Notes: generated by a model not told the origin, from the sequence alone. Numbered from the whole stretch's first letter, positions 13,600-27,315 are shown. The stretch: 63,993 bases of DNA, filler included, from Perkinsus olseni (GCA_013115125.1; 6 parts of 6 records of this genome joined end to end with filler, not necessarily neighbours in it), one strand, 5' to 3'. Translations and numbers: made by a program.

Positions 13600-15340
13600 T
13601 ATCAGTTACAAGTCGTCTGATGTTACTAGATTTTGGAAGTTAAAGATGCTTGTCTTGACTTGAGTAAAGGATAACGTACAACTGAGTTCTCCAGTAGAAC
13701 ACGAAGTGATACGTGTGTTTGACCTTATGAGGACATCCTCAACCGGTGTGACATCACTACCCCAAGCGAGTATTGCTACTCCAAGCAACGAATGTAACTT
13801 CAAGCATCCAGAACTAACCTGAGCACTTTCGTCCGGGGCAAGCACGTATAGCGCCTGGATCAGACCAATTAGGCCAACCGAACGAGCGCAATGCGACCCT
13901 ACTGGATAAGCTGATCTTCTCCCTCGCCTGATCTTCCTAGTCTAGTACCAGTGGACATCACTTCTTACGGTCTGTCCATAAGAAGTGAGGTCCACTGGTT
14001 ACTTGCCCACTGGCAGTCCACGATGAGTTCGAGTGCGATGATCGGACTCGAACTCATCGAGCTCATAGCACTGGTAGCCCTCGGTTGGATGACTCATTGA
14101 ACATGAACTAGTTCTTCGTCACAGTACTGCAAGATTCTTCGTCGTTTTGGTCTGCGTCGTCCGGGACTACTCGTCCCTAGGATGCTCGTAGAGATTTAGA
14201 CCCAGCTTTCGGTGCTAGAATTGGGAGCAGTTGTCAAACTCACAATGTCAACGTGATCCTGCAACCACTGTTACTCGTTCCTCTCGGTTAACGCTTGCCG
14301 CCTTCGAGCCAGGATTAAACCCTGAGGATTTGCTACTCTGAGATTCTTGTTCTCGTAGCAACGTCGTAACAGTAGCAAGTCCGTGACTATTGTGGCTTGG
14401 CATTATCAGCTACATTTAGGTCATCTCTTTGATTAGATTTTTGTTCGAGTTCGAGATAATGCTCATGCAACACGGGTCGTGCTAAGATTTAGGGGGATGT
14501 CTGAATGCAGTCCGTCAGCCCAATCTCAAATTGGCAATCCCAGAGCTCACGCACCCTTTCAGCGAGGGAAACACCAATTGCTTGTTGTGCTTAGTATTGA
14601 TGAGCACGGTATAGGTCAGTCCGTCCCCGACTGTAGAATCTAAAGTGTGGATCGACGTCGTTCAACAACGTTGTGCTTCAGAAATCCAATATTGTCGCAC
14701 TACGCCGAAAGGTGAGAAGCACTGCAATGCCTCTTTGCATCGGTTTACCAAGTATTGGTAGCGCCCGCACTCTCGAGTTATTGTTGACTACGATACTCCC
14801 TTTGCAATGGCGAACGCGTTAATGGTAACAAGATAGAAGCGATAGAAGTTGAGGATACAATACCGAGACCACATAGCTGCAGTGAATACCATTCAACTCC
14901 TTCCTTGTGGATTTACCAGTTATTCCCCAACTTTCTAGATATATGGAGGTTTGCCTGCTTGTCACAGGCATCTCACGTAGTCGAAACCTGTGACGCTTCT
15001 GAAACTGTCTTCCTTGCCACCAAGCTGTCAAACATGTCACCCGTTACGTGTTAGCACATCCCACGAAATGGTTTCGTGGGCTAACCCGGACAGCGTAGCA
15101 ATGACCCTTTGTGGAGACAGACCAGAAGCCCTCCATAATACTAGAAAAAAAATCTTCCCCTGGGGGAGCAAGTTTCCAGGAACACCACGAGGAGGTCTCC
15201 GAGCACGTTCCCACATTAGTAAGTCACAACCCGTTCGTCCTTGAACTTGCCCCATGACTGGACCTACATACTGCACGCCAAGTATGAAGACGTCTAACCG
15301 GAGGTAGGTCGAAGAGCTGCAGCTCCAAGAGCTCACCTGT
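13600..15340 (-). mobile_element. Possible heavily decayed non-LTR retrotransposon RT
   Basis: Scattered RT-like peptides (GIHCSYVVSVLYPQLLSLL, LSA*CDNI, WLQDHVDIV) with many stops; weak. Confidence 0.3.
14021..14059. repeat. Palindrome, 19-bp arms (1 mismatch), 1-nt centre
   Basis: cgatgagttcgagtgcgat-g-atcggactcgaactcatcg. Confidence 0.9.
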
Positions 15341-16213
15341 CTTTCACTATCGAGTCGATTTTCATTTCTTTGGCATCCTGGTTCTCACGAGCTCGTTTAC
15401 AGTAACAATGTTGCGGCTTCGGCCTATCGTCTACGCTTAGCTCACCGTGATCAACCATATTTTAAACATGAAGGCCGCTTGTGTCGAGCTAGCGACGTAG
15501 AGGGAATCTGCGTCAAAGCTTTCATGCCGATTGCAGTAGAAAGAGGAGACACATCGAGGGGTTGAGCTCAGATCGCTGGATCAGCCTGTGAGAGCGAGTG
15601 GCAGGCTGCGTAACGTTTTTTTCCTGTCTGTAACTCGCTCTTTGCGATAGAGGAAAGATTGCAGAGTTGTACAGATGCGATGATTCGGAACAGGAGGCTA
15701 GCCTGCCAGCGCGAAGGGGTTGTGGGCCATTCTGGACGATACAAACTCGGACAGTGGCCGACAGCCACTGACCGCTTCTTACACTCTGCCAAGTTATACA
15801 GTAGATAACGTAGTATATAATATATACTAGGATACAGTATCTATTGGGACAGAATCAACTAATACCCAACCGGTCACGCGATCTGTCCCAACTGATACGG
15901 TACCAGCCTGTGATCTCTATGAAGCTTCCAAGGGTTCACAGGCAGAGCATCTGTTAACTGAAACTTCTCACATTACACTGAACAAGATAATTACTCCGAC
16001 GGTAAGGATGTGTGCAACTCAGAAAAGCCTGAGTGAGGAATGATACGAGCTTGAAGTGGCCGAATCGGTCTACAGTCCCAGCAGCGGCTGCACGTGCGCG
16101 GGAGAGACGAGCTCCTGTCGCATACCTGGAGCTTCACCTTGTTACGCGAAAGTACCGGCCAACGTAACTTTCTTGAGAGGCCTTCAGATAACATCTGGGC
16201 CCGGATGCGGATC

Positions 16214-16700
16214 GCGAGTTCGGGCTCACACGCGTGAGTTAACTCACCTCACGAGTTTGCCTCTCGAGCCTAATCAGCCGCAGAGTTCGAATGCGAGAGT
16301 ATGAGGACGAACTCACGAGTCTCAAGCATGAGATTGGAGCTTGAGTTGCAGTTCCCGAGTAAATAGCCTGAGTTGTGAGCCAGAGTTCGATCTCTCGAGT
16401 CCACTCACTGCGTGAGCTCAACTTTTGAGTCGAGCTCACCTTCTCCGAGTAAGCACTGCCGACATCGAGTAAAACCTCATGCAAGTTCACGCTCGCGATT
16501 CATGAGTAATATCGACAATTTCTGAGTTACTAACTCACTGCCGCTGAACGTCGGGAGTCTACTTTTGAGTTGGACTCTGAGCTTGAGCAAAAATGCAACT
16601 CACACCACGAATCACACCAACTTACCGTGCAAAACCGGTACCGGGGCTTTTCCCAAGGGGTGCAACACGCTGAACCTGAGTTCGCAGGCTGAGCAAGTAC
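16214..16700. repeat. Degenerate GAG(T/C)/(A)CTCA short-motif array
   Basis: gagt, gagc and ctca recur densely, often about 10-20 nt apart; no convincing protein. Confidence 0.5.
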
Positions 16701-16799
16701 AAAAGCGCGCGCCGAGGGTCTAATCATGCAACATCACGAGGCCCTCCTAATCCGCTACGCGAAAGTTATTTCATGCAAGTGGCGTATAAAATAACGAAC

Positions 16800-16850
16800 A
16801 AAAAGGAGCCTCCGAGGTTCGAACCCGGGTGCAGAGCGTCGCAGGCGATA
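16800..16850 (-). pseudogene. tRNA 3'-half relic (T-arm/B-box plus oligo-T)
   Basis: Minus strand reads ccggg-TTCGAAC-ctcgg-aggctcc-TTTTT; the complementary 5' acceptor strand is absent. Confidence 0.45.
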
Positions 16851-17805
16851 ATTTACTTGGTGAGTTGGAATGTTCAGAGTGCTCAGAAGCAATATGCTCA
16901 GACACAGAGTGGGCAACTGAGTAACTCTACTCTGTGAGGCTCACAGTGTGAGCCTGAAACGCTGTTCAAAAGCCAGATCAACCTCCTGAATCATTAACTG
17001 AGTCAATGCCTCAGAGTCCAAAGGTGATCCCTGTGGTCTGACTGTGCTCTGATTTAATGGCTGCGGCTCAGAGTACGAAATCAGATAATCAAGGGGTTTA
17101 TTTCTTCACCTGAGTAGACGGAGAGAGATCGAACTCTGGCTCAGGCGAAAATCATGATCCGCATACGGGCCCTGGACTCCAGATTCTGGAGCCACGAGCG
17201 GAAGAGCACGCCAACAGTCAGAAGGGGAGCGGACAACGGAGAAGTACGCGGTTCGCAGTCCATTGTAGTTGTCTCCTTGAAAATTGTACGGAAACTCGCT
17301 CGGAGGGGGATAAAGAAGTCTCTATGCTTCGCTCAACTCAGTATGGTGAGTCGAACAGCAGTGGTGCATAGATCGGTTGATCTGCGTGATTCGATTCTGT
17401 CCGGCTGACGACTGGCTCCTCGCCTAACAGACGACGCCTCTCGAAGAAGATCGTTGCGTTGCTACAGCCATGCGAGCGCTGCAAGTCTACGATTGCTTAC
17501 TCTGCATTGCGGCCCGTAATTTGCGGTAATTGGGTTCGCAGCCGGCTGCGTGGATCGTAGCTCAAGTATCTTTTGATCTGCTCGATCCTTGAGTGCTCTA
17601 TCATCACTAGTCATAGCAGGTCGTTATTATCGGCTGCTGGCTGTATCAATTCATCACCCCTCCGTAACACCTGCATGCGTGCAGTGCACGCCGTACTTGA
17701 GTCTCAACCGGAAATCTGAGCGCTCATTGAAGCAGTTGGGACTCAATCAGTCAACCATTGGGAGGCTTACTCAACGACAGCTCATTTCGCGTCTATCTCT
17801 CTCGT

Positions 17806-18560
17806 ATGACTATCATCTCAGCGTGGCTTATTTCAGCCATCTTCTTCACCTCGGTAAACGCTCAGGAGGTGGTCAAGTATATACCTGATAAACCTGATCC
17901 AGAACTGTCACTCACTCTCTTCGTGAATGACAACTGGACCATCCACTGGTTCTACAGGTGCAAGCACCAGGAATTTCGCAGACCATACTTGGCTGGACCA
18001 TTTCCTCTAACCCGCGGGTCTGCTTCCTACTTGTTCCCCATCGACTACGGTTCAACTAAATTGCCTGCCATTATCCGTGATCGCTGCCCTCTTCTTTACC
18101 GTCCCGATGGTCTGCAAGATGGTGATCTCGGCATCCTCAAGTTCTTAACTCACGCTACTCTGGAAACTGCTCTGAGGGGCGAGTGGATGAGGTTCGTGAG
18201 TGTCGACACCTTCTATGTGACTCCATACCGTTGGAATCCCGGCCCGGACGACCGTAGATACTACGATATCGTCTACCTTGTCTATGGTCGTAGTTATCCT
18301 CGAGTAGAGCTTTGGGTGACAGTGGATCGAATTCGTTCTCTTGGGCTTCAGTCGACTTCCCCATCATCCCCAGTCAACAAGGAGCAGAATACGTGATGGA
18401 CCCCTCATCAGGTGCAGCGTAGGAGGCGTTCAAAGATGACGCAGCGAAGCGTTGCGGCATACTCTCGGTTACGGCCGACCTCAACACTATGGTCTTTGCT
18501 TCACCAAAAGAGATGTTCACTCACGTCAGCGGAGGGCGTATTTATCTTGCTACGCCATGA
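17806..18560 (+). pseudogene. Family B surface/secreted protein pseudogene
   Basis: Signal peptide MTIISAWLISA; FYRC, AGPF and IRDRCP motifs. A 1-nt deletion after 18321 (restoring it gives WVTCG) and an in-frame TAG at 18420; homology continues to TGA 18558-18560. Confidence 0.75.
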
Positions 18561-19241
18561 CGACATCTTTGCGTCGGGCCTTGTGTAAAGGCATTTCTAT
18601 CTTTTCTGTTTGCGGAATTTTATGTCCTGTTCTGTGATGCCTTGTCAGCAAACGGTGCGACTTGTTTAGTATCACGTGTTAGGTAGCTGTTGTCAAGTAT
18701 TACAATATAGTTCAGATAACGACTTCTCAGCAACAGCAACATCGTGGATCGTGGCACGACCTGCGGATCGCCTAAAACTATTATGCAATAGTCAGGGACT
18801 ACATTGACTTTTTCATCACTCATCACGAGAAAGGTCTCCGTTCTTGTGTTGGTAAGATAGGCTTTACTGACGTCATCTCTACTCGTACACATGAGCTCGG
18901 AATATCTAGCAGACCCCACTAGAGGCCTCAGGGATGAGTGCTCGGTTGTACGGCGAATCCCCGTCGAGATGGCTTAGTCGAGGGTACTGAGTACCGAATG
19001 AAGACTCTTGGGCGAATAGCCTCATGTTTTCAGAACTGACCATTCGACGGATTCGAGAAATAACACCAATCAAAAGTCACTCGTGCTCAATTGCTCAACA
19101 GCGGTGGGTGTCGGGGCGCGAGGCAGGCGAGCCCACTGGGCTCAGCCCAGTGTGATTAGAAGCTTGAATCAGAAGCTATTCAGAGAAGCTTAAATAAATC
19201 CCCCACTCGGAGGCCCTCAGCAAATCACCCAATGTTCTTGT

Positions 19242-19274
19242 GTCCTTGTGTGTCGAGACTCGACACACAAGGAC
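19242..19274. repeat. Perfect palindrome, 16-bp arms, 1-nt centre
   Basis: gtccttgtgtgtcgag-a-ctcgacacacaaggac. Confidence 0.92.
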
Positions 19275-20339
19275 GTACACACAAGGTCGTATGATCAGAC
19301 TGATGTTCACTGGATTTCGCGTCAGCCGAAGAGGCGTTGGACGTCGAGTCCACCCACAAGCCAGCCAGCCTGACTGGTCAGGGACCATGATTCATGGTCC
19401 GTGAAACAGAATGAAGGTACCATCAAGTCTCTAGTCAAATGACATCGCCAACCTATTCCTTCGGTAAGGACCCTACGGTGAGGGTCACACCAGTGATGTG
19501 ACACCAGATAGCCCTGGTTCATACGGTGTGGCCCTCATCCTCACTCGCAAAGATCTCGCTAGCAGCAGACAGTCCTGAGCTTCCCAGGGTAGCAGCACTT
19601 TCACGTGCGGCCTGAAGACGCGACTAATATCGTCAGGAAATTATTAACAGGTACACAGATGATAGCGCGTTCTCTGAGCTCCCTTACGATGTCGAGGGAA
19701 TGATTCAGTCCGCAGGCCTGCAGCGATGTCCAAAATCAAAAAAGAAAAACTGCTGTACTGGCCTGGTCCGGCGGGAGGGTTGTCGCACCGAGCAAAGATG
19801 ACTCGTACCTGCTGTGATATGCGGTTCGCGATGATGCCGAGTTTTGTGATACCATCCGCAACTAACAGGCCATTACCGCGAGTGGCGCATTCCTTGTCTA
19901 CCTAGACCCCGACAGCCCAGACCTTCCCCAGACGGATCGTACCCCCTCTCTAACGTTGAGACTCTCCCTTTCGAGGAGTGAAGAATTTGCTTCTCACGGG
20001 TAAAGTTGCTCCACCCGGAGCCTGCGGAAAGGAATAATGACGATGCCGATTTGACTCGACGCCGGGACAGCTCTGGTGGCGCGACTCCCCGCGCGTAGTG
20101 TACGCAGAGACTAGTCGAATAGCCATGATCCTTCCAAAAAGCAGCAGCCCATCGATCCTTACGCTACCGTCTACACTACACCCTTCAGCTGCAATTCACC
20201 TTTGAGCTCTTAATGGGGTGCCCGACAGTGCCCGGGACTGAGTCCCGTGACCACGCTTCCAACTTTATCGATCACGTTGCGCACGTACGTTACGTGACGT
20301 GCCTTCTCTATTTGCTTTTACTTGCCTTTCTTCTTATTG

Positions 20340-21077
20340 ATGCCGCTCATCCTATCGTCGTTGATTTCTGTTCTACTTCTCGCTTCGGCGAACGCCAAAG
20401 AAGCTGGCAAATTTGATGCCCGTGCTTTAAATGGCTTCCTCACGCTCGTCTCCGTTGACGAGAATGACACGGTTCATCTGTTCTACAGGTGCTTCCTTTC
20501 AACCCAAGACCCCATCTTCCGCTCTGGGCCGTACGGTCTGCGTGCCGGGTCTACTGCTGGTGTGTTCGACATAGATTATGACGGAGCTGCTGGTGGTATC
20601 GACAGCCTGCATGCTCGCATCAAGGACCGCTGCCCCGACGCTGGGATCGTCGATAGTGACTTTCGAAGCATCACGTATGCTTCCCGTGATACTCTTATCC
20701 TCAGTATGTCTAATGAGACGATAATCGCCCCGAGGCTTGACACTGATTATGAAATTTTGTATCGCTATATCTCCGGTGACGTCGAGCTCGAGTTCTACGT
20801 GCGTGCTCGTTCGGAAGTTCATGTGAGGGCAACCTGCGGAGTGACTTCACCGGGTCGGGTTGAGGCGTTTCTAGGCCTCACCACTGAAGGCGTCCCGTAC
20901 CCAGAGTTCGGTATCCATCCGTGGTTTCGTCAAGCCTTTAACGATTTCAAGACAGCAATGCAAAGCGACTGCGGTATAACCCTGTCACCGGGGGACCTTG
21001 AACGCCTGATCTTTGCAACCCAAAGAACGATGCTCTCTCAATTCAGGGGTGAATCTGTGGCTCTAAGGGTGGTATAA
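20340..21077 (+). CDS. Family B two-domain secreted protein (intact)
   Basis: Intronless; signal peptide MPLILSSLISVLLLASANA; 4 Cys in two similar halves (FYRC..IKDRCP / ATCG..QSDCG). Confidence 0.8.
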   Translation: MPLILSSLISVLLLASANAKEAGKFDARALNGFLTLVSVDENDTVHLFYRCFLSTQDPIFRSGPYGLRAGSTAGVFDIDYDGAAGGIDSLHARIKDRCPDAGIVDSDFRSITYASRDTLILSMSNETIIAPRLDTDYEILYRYISGDVELEFYVRARSEVHVRATCGVTSPGRVEAFLGLTTEGVPYPEFGIHPWFRQAFNDFKTAMQSDCGITLSPGDLERLIFATQRTMLSQFRGESVALRVV

Positions 21078-21088
21078 GCAACTTATCA

Positions 21089-21289
21089 TTACAACGGTGC
21101 TTCACAAATCTCCTCTCGTTGCCTTTCTCTACAGTTTCGGGCCTTCGGCGCCCTGCGCTGCTTTGTCACTATGATGTCGTCTAAGTATGCCATGTTGCCT
21201 GGCCGTTTTGAACACTGGAGCATTTCACCATGGGTCATCAAGAAAAAGCACATCTCGGAACCCCGGGTGCTTAACCATGTCTTTAACAA
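21089..21289 (-). mobile_element. Ty3/Gypsy-like RT fragment
   Basis: Isolated PGNMAYLDDIIVT motif. Confidence 0.4.
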
Positions 21290-21726
21290 TTAATTCAGAT
21301 CTTGTAACTTCGACATTCTTGTTCTCATGACAACTTCGTCAATAGTAGCTACCCTGTGGGTGCTCTGATGGGTTCATCTGCCTCAACAAAGATTTCACCA
21401 TTGCAGCTGGCTTGTCTTCTTTATAGTTCGAGTTCATCATTTATAGAAACATCTCAGCAGTGACACCACACAAGTCGAACTGACGTAATACTCCGTTATA
21501 CTGCCGAGTTGGTTGGGTCAGATTTCACCCTAGAGTCCCATTGAGAGACACCCGCGTTTTACACAACACGGTGAGTGCATCTCCAATGTACATCACAAGC
21601 ACTGGGAGCATGAATAAGCTCGATGAGGCAAATGAGATAATTTATTTATTTTTAACTATTCAACCATCTCCCTCATTCACTCGTATTCACGTTGTTTATT
21701 GGTCCTGTACTTCTAGAGTCCTAGAA

Positions 21727-21860
21727 GCAATGGGCTGACACCTGCCGCCAGCTGAGGCCGACAGACTGGTGGATTGCCAAACACAAGATAGGGGACGAGC
21801 AAGGTCAGCTAACGACTTGAACGGCTCGAACTGTCGTACCTCCACGCAAGTGCTTTCCAA
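21727..21860. repeat. Dispersed repeat shared with 33406..33533
   Basis: gcaatgggctgacac...gctgag..cgacag...caaacacaa.atagggg...taacgactt...caagtg.tttccaa is collinear in both copies. Confidence 0.8.
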
Positions 21861-22120
21861 TCCATATCGTAAAGTACTTTATCGCGATCTTATTGTGTGG
21901 CATCACACTATAGAGGATTCGCCCGTTGAAGAGAGGAGATCCCGAACGCGGCGATACCGAATTCACACGACGTCCTACTTGTAAACGCAACCATCGTATA
22001 CTGATGACGAAACCTTATGGTATGATTAATTAAACAATCACAAATGGCGTGAAGCCGCCTGTGCACAGGAGATTGGGAGAGAGAGGCAATCGGGATAGCA
22101 GTAATGCGTAGATATTCACA

Positions 22121-22220
22121 NNNNNNNNNNNNNNNNNNNNNNNNNNNNNNNNNNNNNNNNNNNNTTAATTAATTAANNNNNNNNNNNNNNNNNNNNNNNN
22201 NNNNNNNNNNNNNNNNNNNN
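22121..22220. other. Artificial contig linker
   Basis: N44-TTAATTAATTAA-N44. Confidence 0.99.

Positions 22221-22290
<70 letters not shown>
22221..22290. repeat. (GAT)n microsatellite at a contig end
   Basis: About 23 perfect GAT units. Confidence 0.97.
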
Positions 22291-22292
<2 letters not shown>

Positions 22293-24023
22293 TACTCACA
22301 AGTCCACGGCGCATCTTCCTTTCTAGGAGTATCCTCTTCCTCTCTTTCTCCTGTAACGTGTTATTCCCAATGTGTTGCAGTGTGCTGCATTCTACTTCAT
22401 TCTCCTTCCGTAATGCTGCTTCTCGTTCAATAGACTTATATCTTGGTAAGGGTATTCGTTTGTCAGTAGAGCGTTCAAGAGATACACAGACTCTACGATG
22501 TCCGTGGGAGGGTGCATCCTGAATGGCACTAGGTGCGCTGTAAATCAGAGGTATCGTTCTCACTCTCTGTCTACGCTCGAAAGCCTCTCTCCTAAGTCTG
22601 TTACGCTCCGCCTGAATCATATATTAGGATGACAATAACTAGTATATGGTCATTGACTGTGACTAGGATTGAACATGAATAGGAGTACTACTATGCCCCT
22701 CTGTATTGATTCCTTCCTTCTACGTGACTCCTCTTCTAGCATCCTTTGCACCTCTAGTTCCCGCTGGAGTGTCCTCCTTCTCCGAGCCTCTGTGGGCATA
22801 CACCATTCCCACCACCATCCTGCAATCTCGTTATGCTCACCTCCCTCCCTCATCCACCTCATTGCCCTAGACCTAGCTTCTACACTGCGGTCGCGTTCCT
22901 CGTCCTTCCTGTGCCGTGCAGTATCTCCACAGGTGTAGCGTCGATGCGAAGGACTCCGCCATTCAGGCCTGATCATTGCTGTTTAACCTCCCATCATACG
23001 TCACCCCACTCACCGATCCTCTACGGGTCGTCTGATAGGTTTAGCTGATGATGATGGTGGTACTGATACTGTTAATCTAATACGATTCTTGCCATGACTG
23101 TTGTTGCAAGACCGTTCCTGAGCTGCTGCCTCCTTTCTATGGTGCCGAGCCCTCAGTACCCTCTGTCTCTTTTCTTGCTTGACTCGTTCAGTCTGTACTA
23201 TATTGCAGTGATGTACATGTACATGATTGCTACCTCTTCCGCTTTCCGTTGCTCTAATTCATGTTCTCGTCTCTGTACCCACTCCCGTCGTATACGGTCC
23301 CTGATAATGATGTTGCTCAGTAGTGGGGTACTATCTCTCTATCGAGTAATTCTGATCATTGTAGCAGGCGAGTATCATCTCAAGTACTCTTATTACCTTC
23401 GACAACTCTCGCTACGCCATCGCCGTACTTTAGCTGCAGCGATCTCTGTGAGCCTCTTGGAATCATCCACCACTACGATACCTGCCTTATCATCACTTAT
23501 ATTCACACACCATCCACACTATCATGCCACTACTATCGTCCTTCCTTTTCTGTGTTGATGATGACCGTGCGGCCTGCACGGGCTCTCCGGCCTGCATCTC
23601 CGATCTGTGTGTTGCTGCTGCTCGCCCATTCCCTTCCCCTTGCGGATGAAGATGGATGTAGGTCGAGGGAATACTCTCGTCTCGTGCAGGGCGTTCATAG
23701 CTAGACTGGCGGCTAGGATCGTCATCATTCAGTTTGGTAACGATGGTTGGCTCATCGTGGTGGCCTTGCTCTATTCCATTGGTATCATCATTGTTGTTGA
23801 GTAGGGGTGGGCGAGGAGCATCCTCTGTGACATCTATCATCCTGTATGGTGGTGTTGTAGTATAGCCGAGGGAGCGTGCAGAATGCGTGAGGGTTTGTGT
23901 TATTATCGTATCCCTTATCACCCCAATGAGAGCGTCATCACCCAGCGCCCCATCAGATGCAGTGATCATAGTAGTTGTGGCCTCCACAATAGTAGGCGAA
24001 GAACAATAGCAACAACACAACAA
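22291..24023 (-). CDS. Multi-exon charged coiled-coil protein (3' truncated)
   Basis: Successive E/R/K-rich exons (QAERNRLRREAFERRQR, RELEVQRMLEEESRRRKE) separated by short introns. Confidence 0.55.
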
Positions 24024-24156
24024 CTGCGGCAGTGTTCTCTATCACGACGGAGATGTCGTCATCTGCACCGTCGGCTCTGCGCTAAAATCTCGCTCGCCCG
24101 ACAATCGATCAGCCCTTGTAGCGTGTTGTCAGTAGAGTCCTATCGAGTCTCCAACA

Positions 24157-24749
24157 ATGCCCGAGAAGCGTTTCCAAGCAAAGGGTGGCCGCCGCACCAA
24201 GCAGCCCGTGCGCCTTTACTCCAAGGGTGTACTCATGGGACCCAAGCGTTCCAAGGTAATAACAATTCGTTTGGGAATAATTACGACGGCTTATCCGTGT
24301 TGTGGCATTATGATTGTCGGGATGGTGATGCAATGTGACGATCGTATGGGTGGTGATGATGTCGTTATTGTTGTTATTCTTTAGTGCAACACTCACATGA
24401 ACCAAGCTCTTGTGAAGATTGAGGGTGTTCACTGCACTGAGGATGTCGATTTCTACCTCGGCAAGCGTATCGCCTACGTTTACAAGACCAACACCCTCAA
24501 GAACGGCTCCAAGTTCCGAGTAATTACATCAGGGGGAATCGCTTAAGATCTTCGTAGCTTCGGGGATTCATAACAGTTCACGTACTTAAGTTGGCGTTGT
24601 CTCATGGATATTCTTTTCAGTGCATGTGGGGCAAGGTCATGCGCGCTCACGGTAACGCCGGTACCGTCCGTTGCAACTTCAAGAAGAACCTCCCCCCTAA
24701 GGCCTACGGCTCTATGGTCCGTGTCATGCTCTACCCCTCTCGTGTCTAA
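24157..24749 (+). CDS. RPL35A: 60S ribosomal protein L35a (eL33); exons 24157-24255, 24385-24519, 24621-24749
   Basis: RLYSKG..GPKRSK / [19 protein letters not shown] / [35 protein letters not shown]. Confidence 0.96.
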
Positions 24750-25304
24750 GCAGCAGATGGCAGCACCACTATAGTGGTTGTGTAGTACATTTACTTGCAT
24801 CATCACAACTACTGTCGCTTGGTAGGGAGGAGACACTTTGGTGGACTAGGAGGAGACTTGGAAACGGATAAGCTGTTTTGAGTTTGAGTATAAATTGGCA
24901 TGGGGGTGTTTCAATAGTGGAGCACGATCGGACCTCGTCAGTGTAATGCATCTCGCTCGTTCCACATAACGTGCCTTGGTTTATCGAGGCTCACATTAGT
25001 GTGATGCATAGACATCGGCGATGGCGAGTAGGGGTGTGCCCGTCATATTTCCACGCTCGATTAGTCTACTAGCGGATACTCTCAATGTAGCTGCTTCTGC
25101 ATGGCTCATAACTTAGTATTGGACTGTACGTTTTTGATACTGAGTTCGAGTGGCGGCCCTAGCGCCTGTAAGGCCAGGCCGCGACTAATGAGGCAAGAAG
25201 AGCAAGATACTGAGTTCATTTTTGAGGATGTCGAATTGACAAGCTGTAAGCACTGTAGTCCGTTACTTGACTTGGTTCGAGTAAGTAGTTTGTGATTATA
25301 TAAT

Positions 25305-26907
25305 ATGGCTGATCGTAATGGATGTCATGGGAAATATATTTTATCTATAGACCAAGGGACTACCTCTTCACGGGCCATCATCCTTGCTGAGGATGGTCAG
25401 GTGGTACACGTCAAGGGGTATCCTTTCGAACAGAAGTATCCGAATCCAGGATGGTGTGAACAGGATCCATATGATATATTACAATCAACGATAAGATCAA
25501 TTAATGAGGTGTCAGAACTGATAACACCTTATGGTTGTATAACAGCAGTTGGTATAACTAATCAACGTGAAACAGTTATAGCATGGGACAAGGTAACTGG
25601 TAAACCATTATACAACGCTATTGTATGGCTTGATTTGAGGACCTATGATACTGTAAAGGCCCTTACAATGGATGGTAGTAAAGACAGATTCCGTCAGATT
25701 ACTGGATTGCCAATCAGTACTTACTTTACTGCTCTCAAGATAAGATGGTTATTGGATAATGTCGACGATGTTAGTGATGCTGTGAAAGAAGGAAGATGCC
25801 TTTTTGGTACCGTTGACTCATGGCTGACATATAATCTAACAGGAGGGCCTGATAATGGTGGAATACATGTTACTGATGTTACCAATGCGTCGAGGTAAGG
25901 AGAGTCGCTTTAGTGAAGTCTAGGTTGATATGTGTAGGTACATGCTGATGGACCTTGAGAAACTCGAATGGTGTGAAGATATCTGTAATGAATTGGATAT
26001 CCCTTCAGATACACTACCAACCATAGTACCTAGTTGTGGTCATATTGGTACAATCACCAACTCAGAGTCCGAGAACAGGGATCACCAATTGCATCCCTCT
26101 CTCTTCAACGTACCTATAACAGCGATACTGGGTGATCAGCAATCGGCCTTACTGGGTCATGGGTGTGTGAAAGTTGGTCAGGCTAAGTGCACATATGGTA
26201 CAGGCTGTTTTATGTTAGCCAACACCGGCGATAAGATTATACAGTCATCTTTTGGTCTCCTCACGACAGTGGCATTCAAGCGTGAAGGGGGTCCCGTGTA
26301 CTATGCTCTAGAAGGCTCAGTAGCCATCGCTGGTAGAGCTGTACAATGGTTACGTGATCAACTGGGTGTAATAGAATCAGCACCAGAGGTAGAGGAGTTA
26401 GCTAGTACAGTACCAAATACAGGAGGGGTTACTGTAGTACCGGCATTCTCTGGTCTATTCACTCCACACTGGCGTCCTGATGCTAGAGCTGTTATTGCCG
26501 GTATGACCTTGGGTACTACTAAAGCACATATATGTAGAGCAGTACTGGAGGGTGTAGCATTACAAGTGGTGGATGTTGTGAGGGTCATGGAGCGTGAGTT
26601 AGAACATCCATTATCTGAGTTTTATGCTGATGGTGGTATGACTGGTAATAATCTCTTGATGCAGATGCAGGCAGATTTCCTACCAAAAGAGATATATCCT
26701 GCCATGATGGCCGAGACTACTGCCTTTGGTGCTGCTTATGCTGCTGGTTTGGCTGTTGATCTATGGAAAGTGCCGTTACAAGAGCTGATAGCCAACCTAG
26801 GAGGTCATAGAAAGATAGAACCACACCCAGCAGCATTGGAGAGAAGGAAGGCTATAAGGAGGAGATGGAATGATGCACTGCAAAGATCTCTAGGTCTTGA
26901 GGAGTAA
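25305..26907 (+). CDS. GK: Glycerol kinase (intron 25895-25937)
   Basis: IDQGTTSSR, GITNQRET, YNAIVW, TDVTNASR, GDQQ, TYGTGCF, YALEGS and DGG motifs. Confidence 0.95.
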
Positions 26908-27280
26908 GCTAGAGACTCAGCACGCTATGCTACTCACTGCTACAACATCACAGGTACTGCCCTCTGCCTGATGAGTAGCAACAGCAGCAGCAGACAATCT
27001 GCTAGCATGATCGGTAGTGGCCGTCAGTTAATTTTTATGTTTAAGCGCCAATCGCATGGTGGTCGTGACTATTTTGTAGTTTCTTGCTCGTCCTAGTCCT
27101 GGTGTGCTGCTGCTGCTGAGTTAACCATGCTCAATTCCATCGTCGTACGTGCAACTCGCCGTGCTTCGCCGCCTCGATCGCATGTGGCATTCTAGCTAGG
27201 GTAAGAGCAGGTTACCGTCAGACTTTCTTTATCATAAGGCTCATTGCCTCTCCCTCCCGTCCATCCCTCGTACGTAACAC

Positions 27281-27283
27281 ATG

Positions 27284-27315
<32 letters not shown>

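Noticed and set aside
22165-22620. Poly-His protein
   Set aside because: Translation of a (GAT)n microsatellite, probably intronic, at a contig end.
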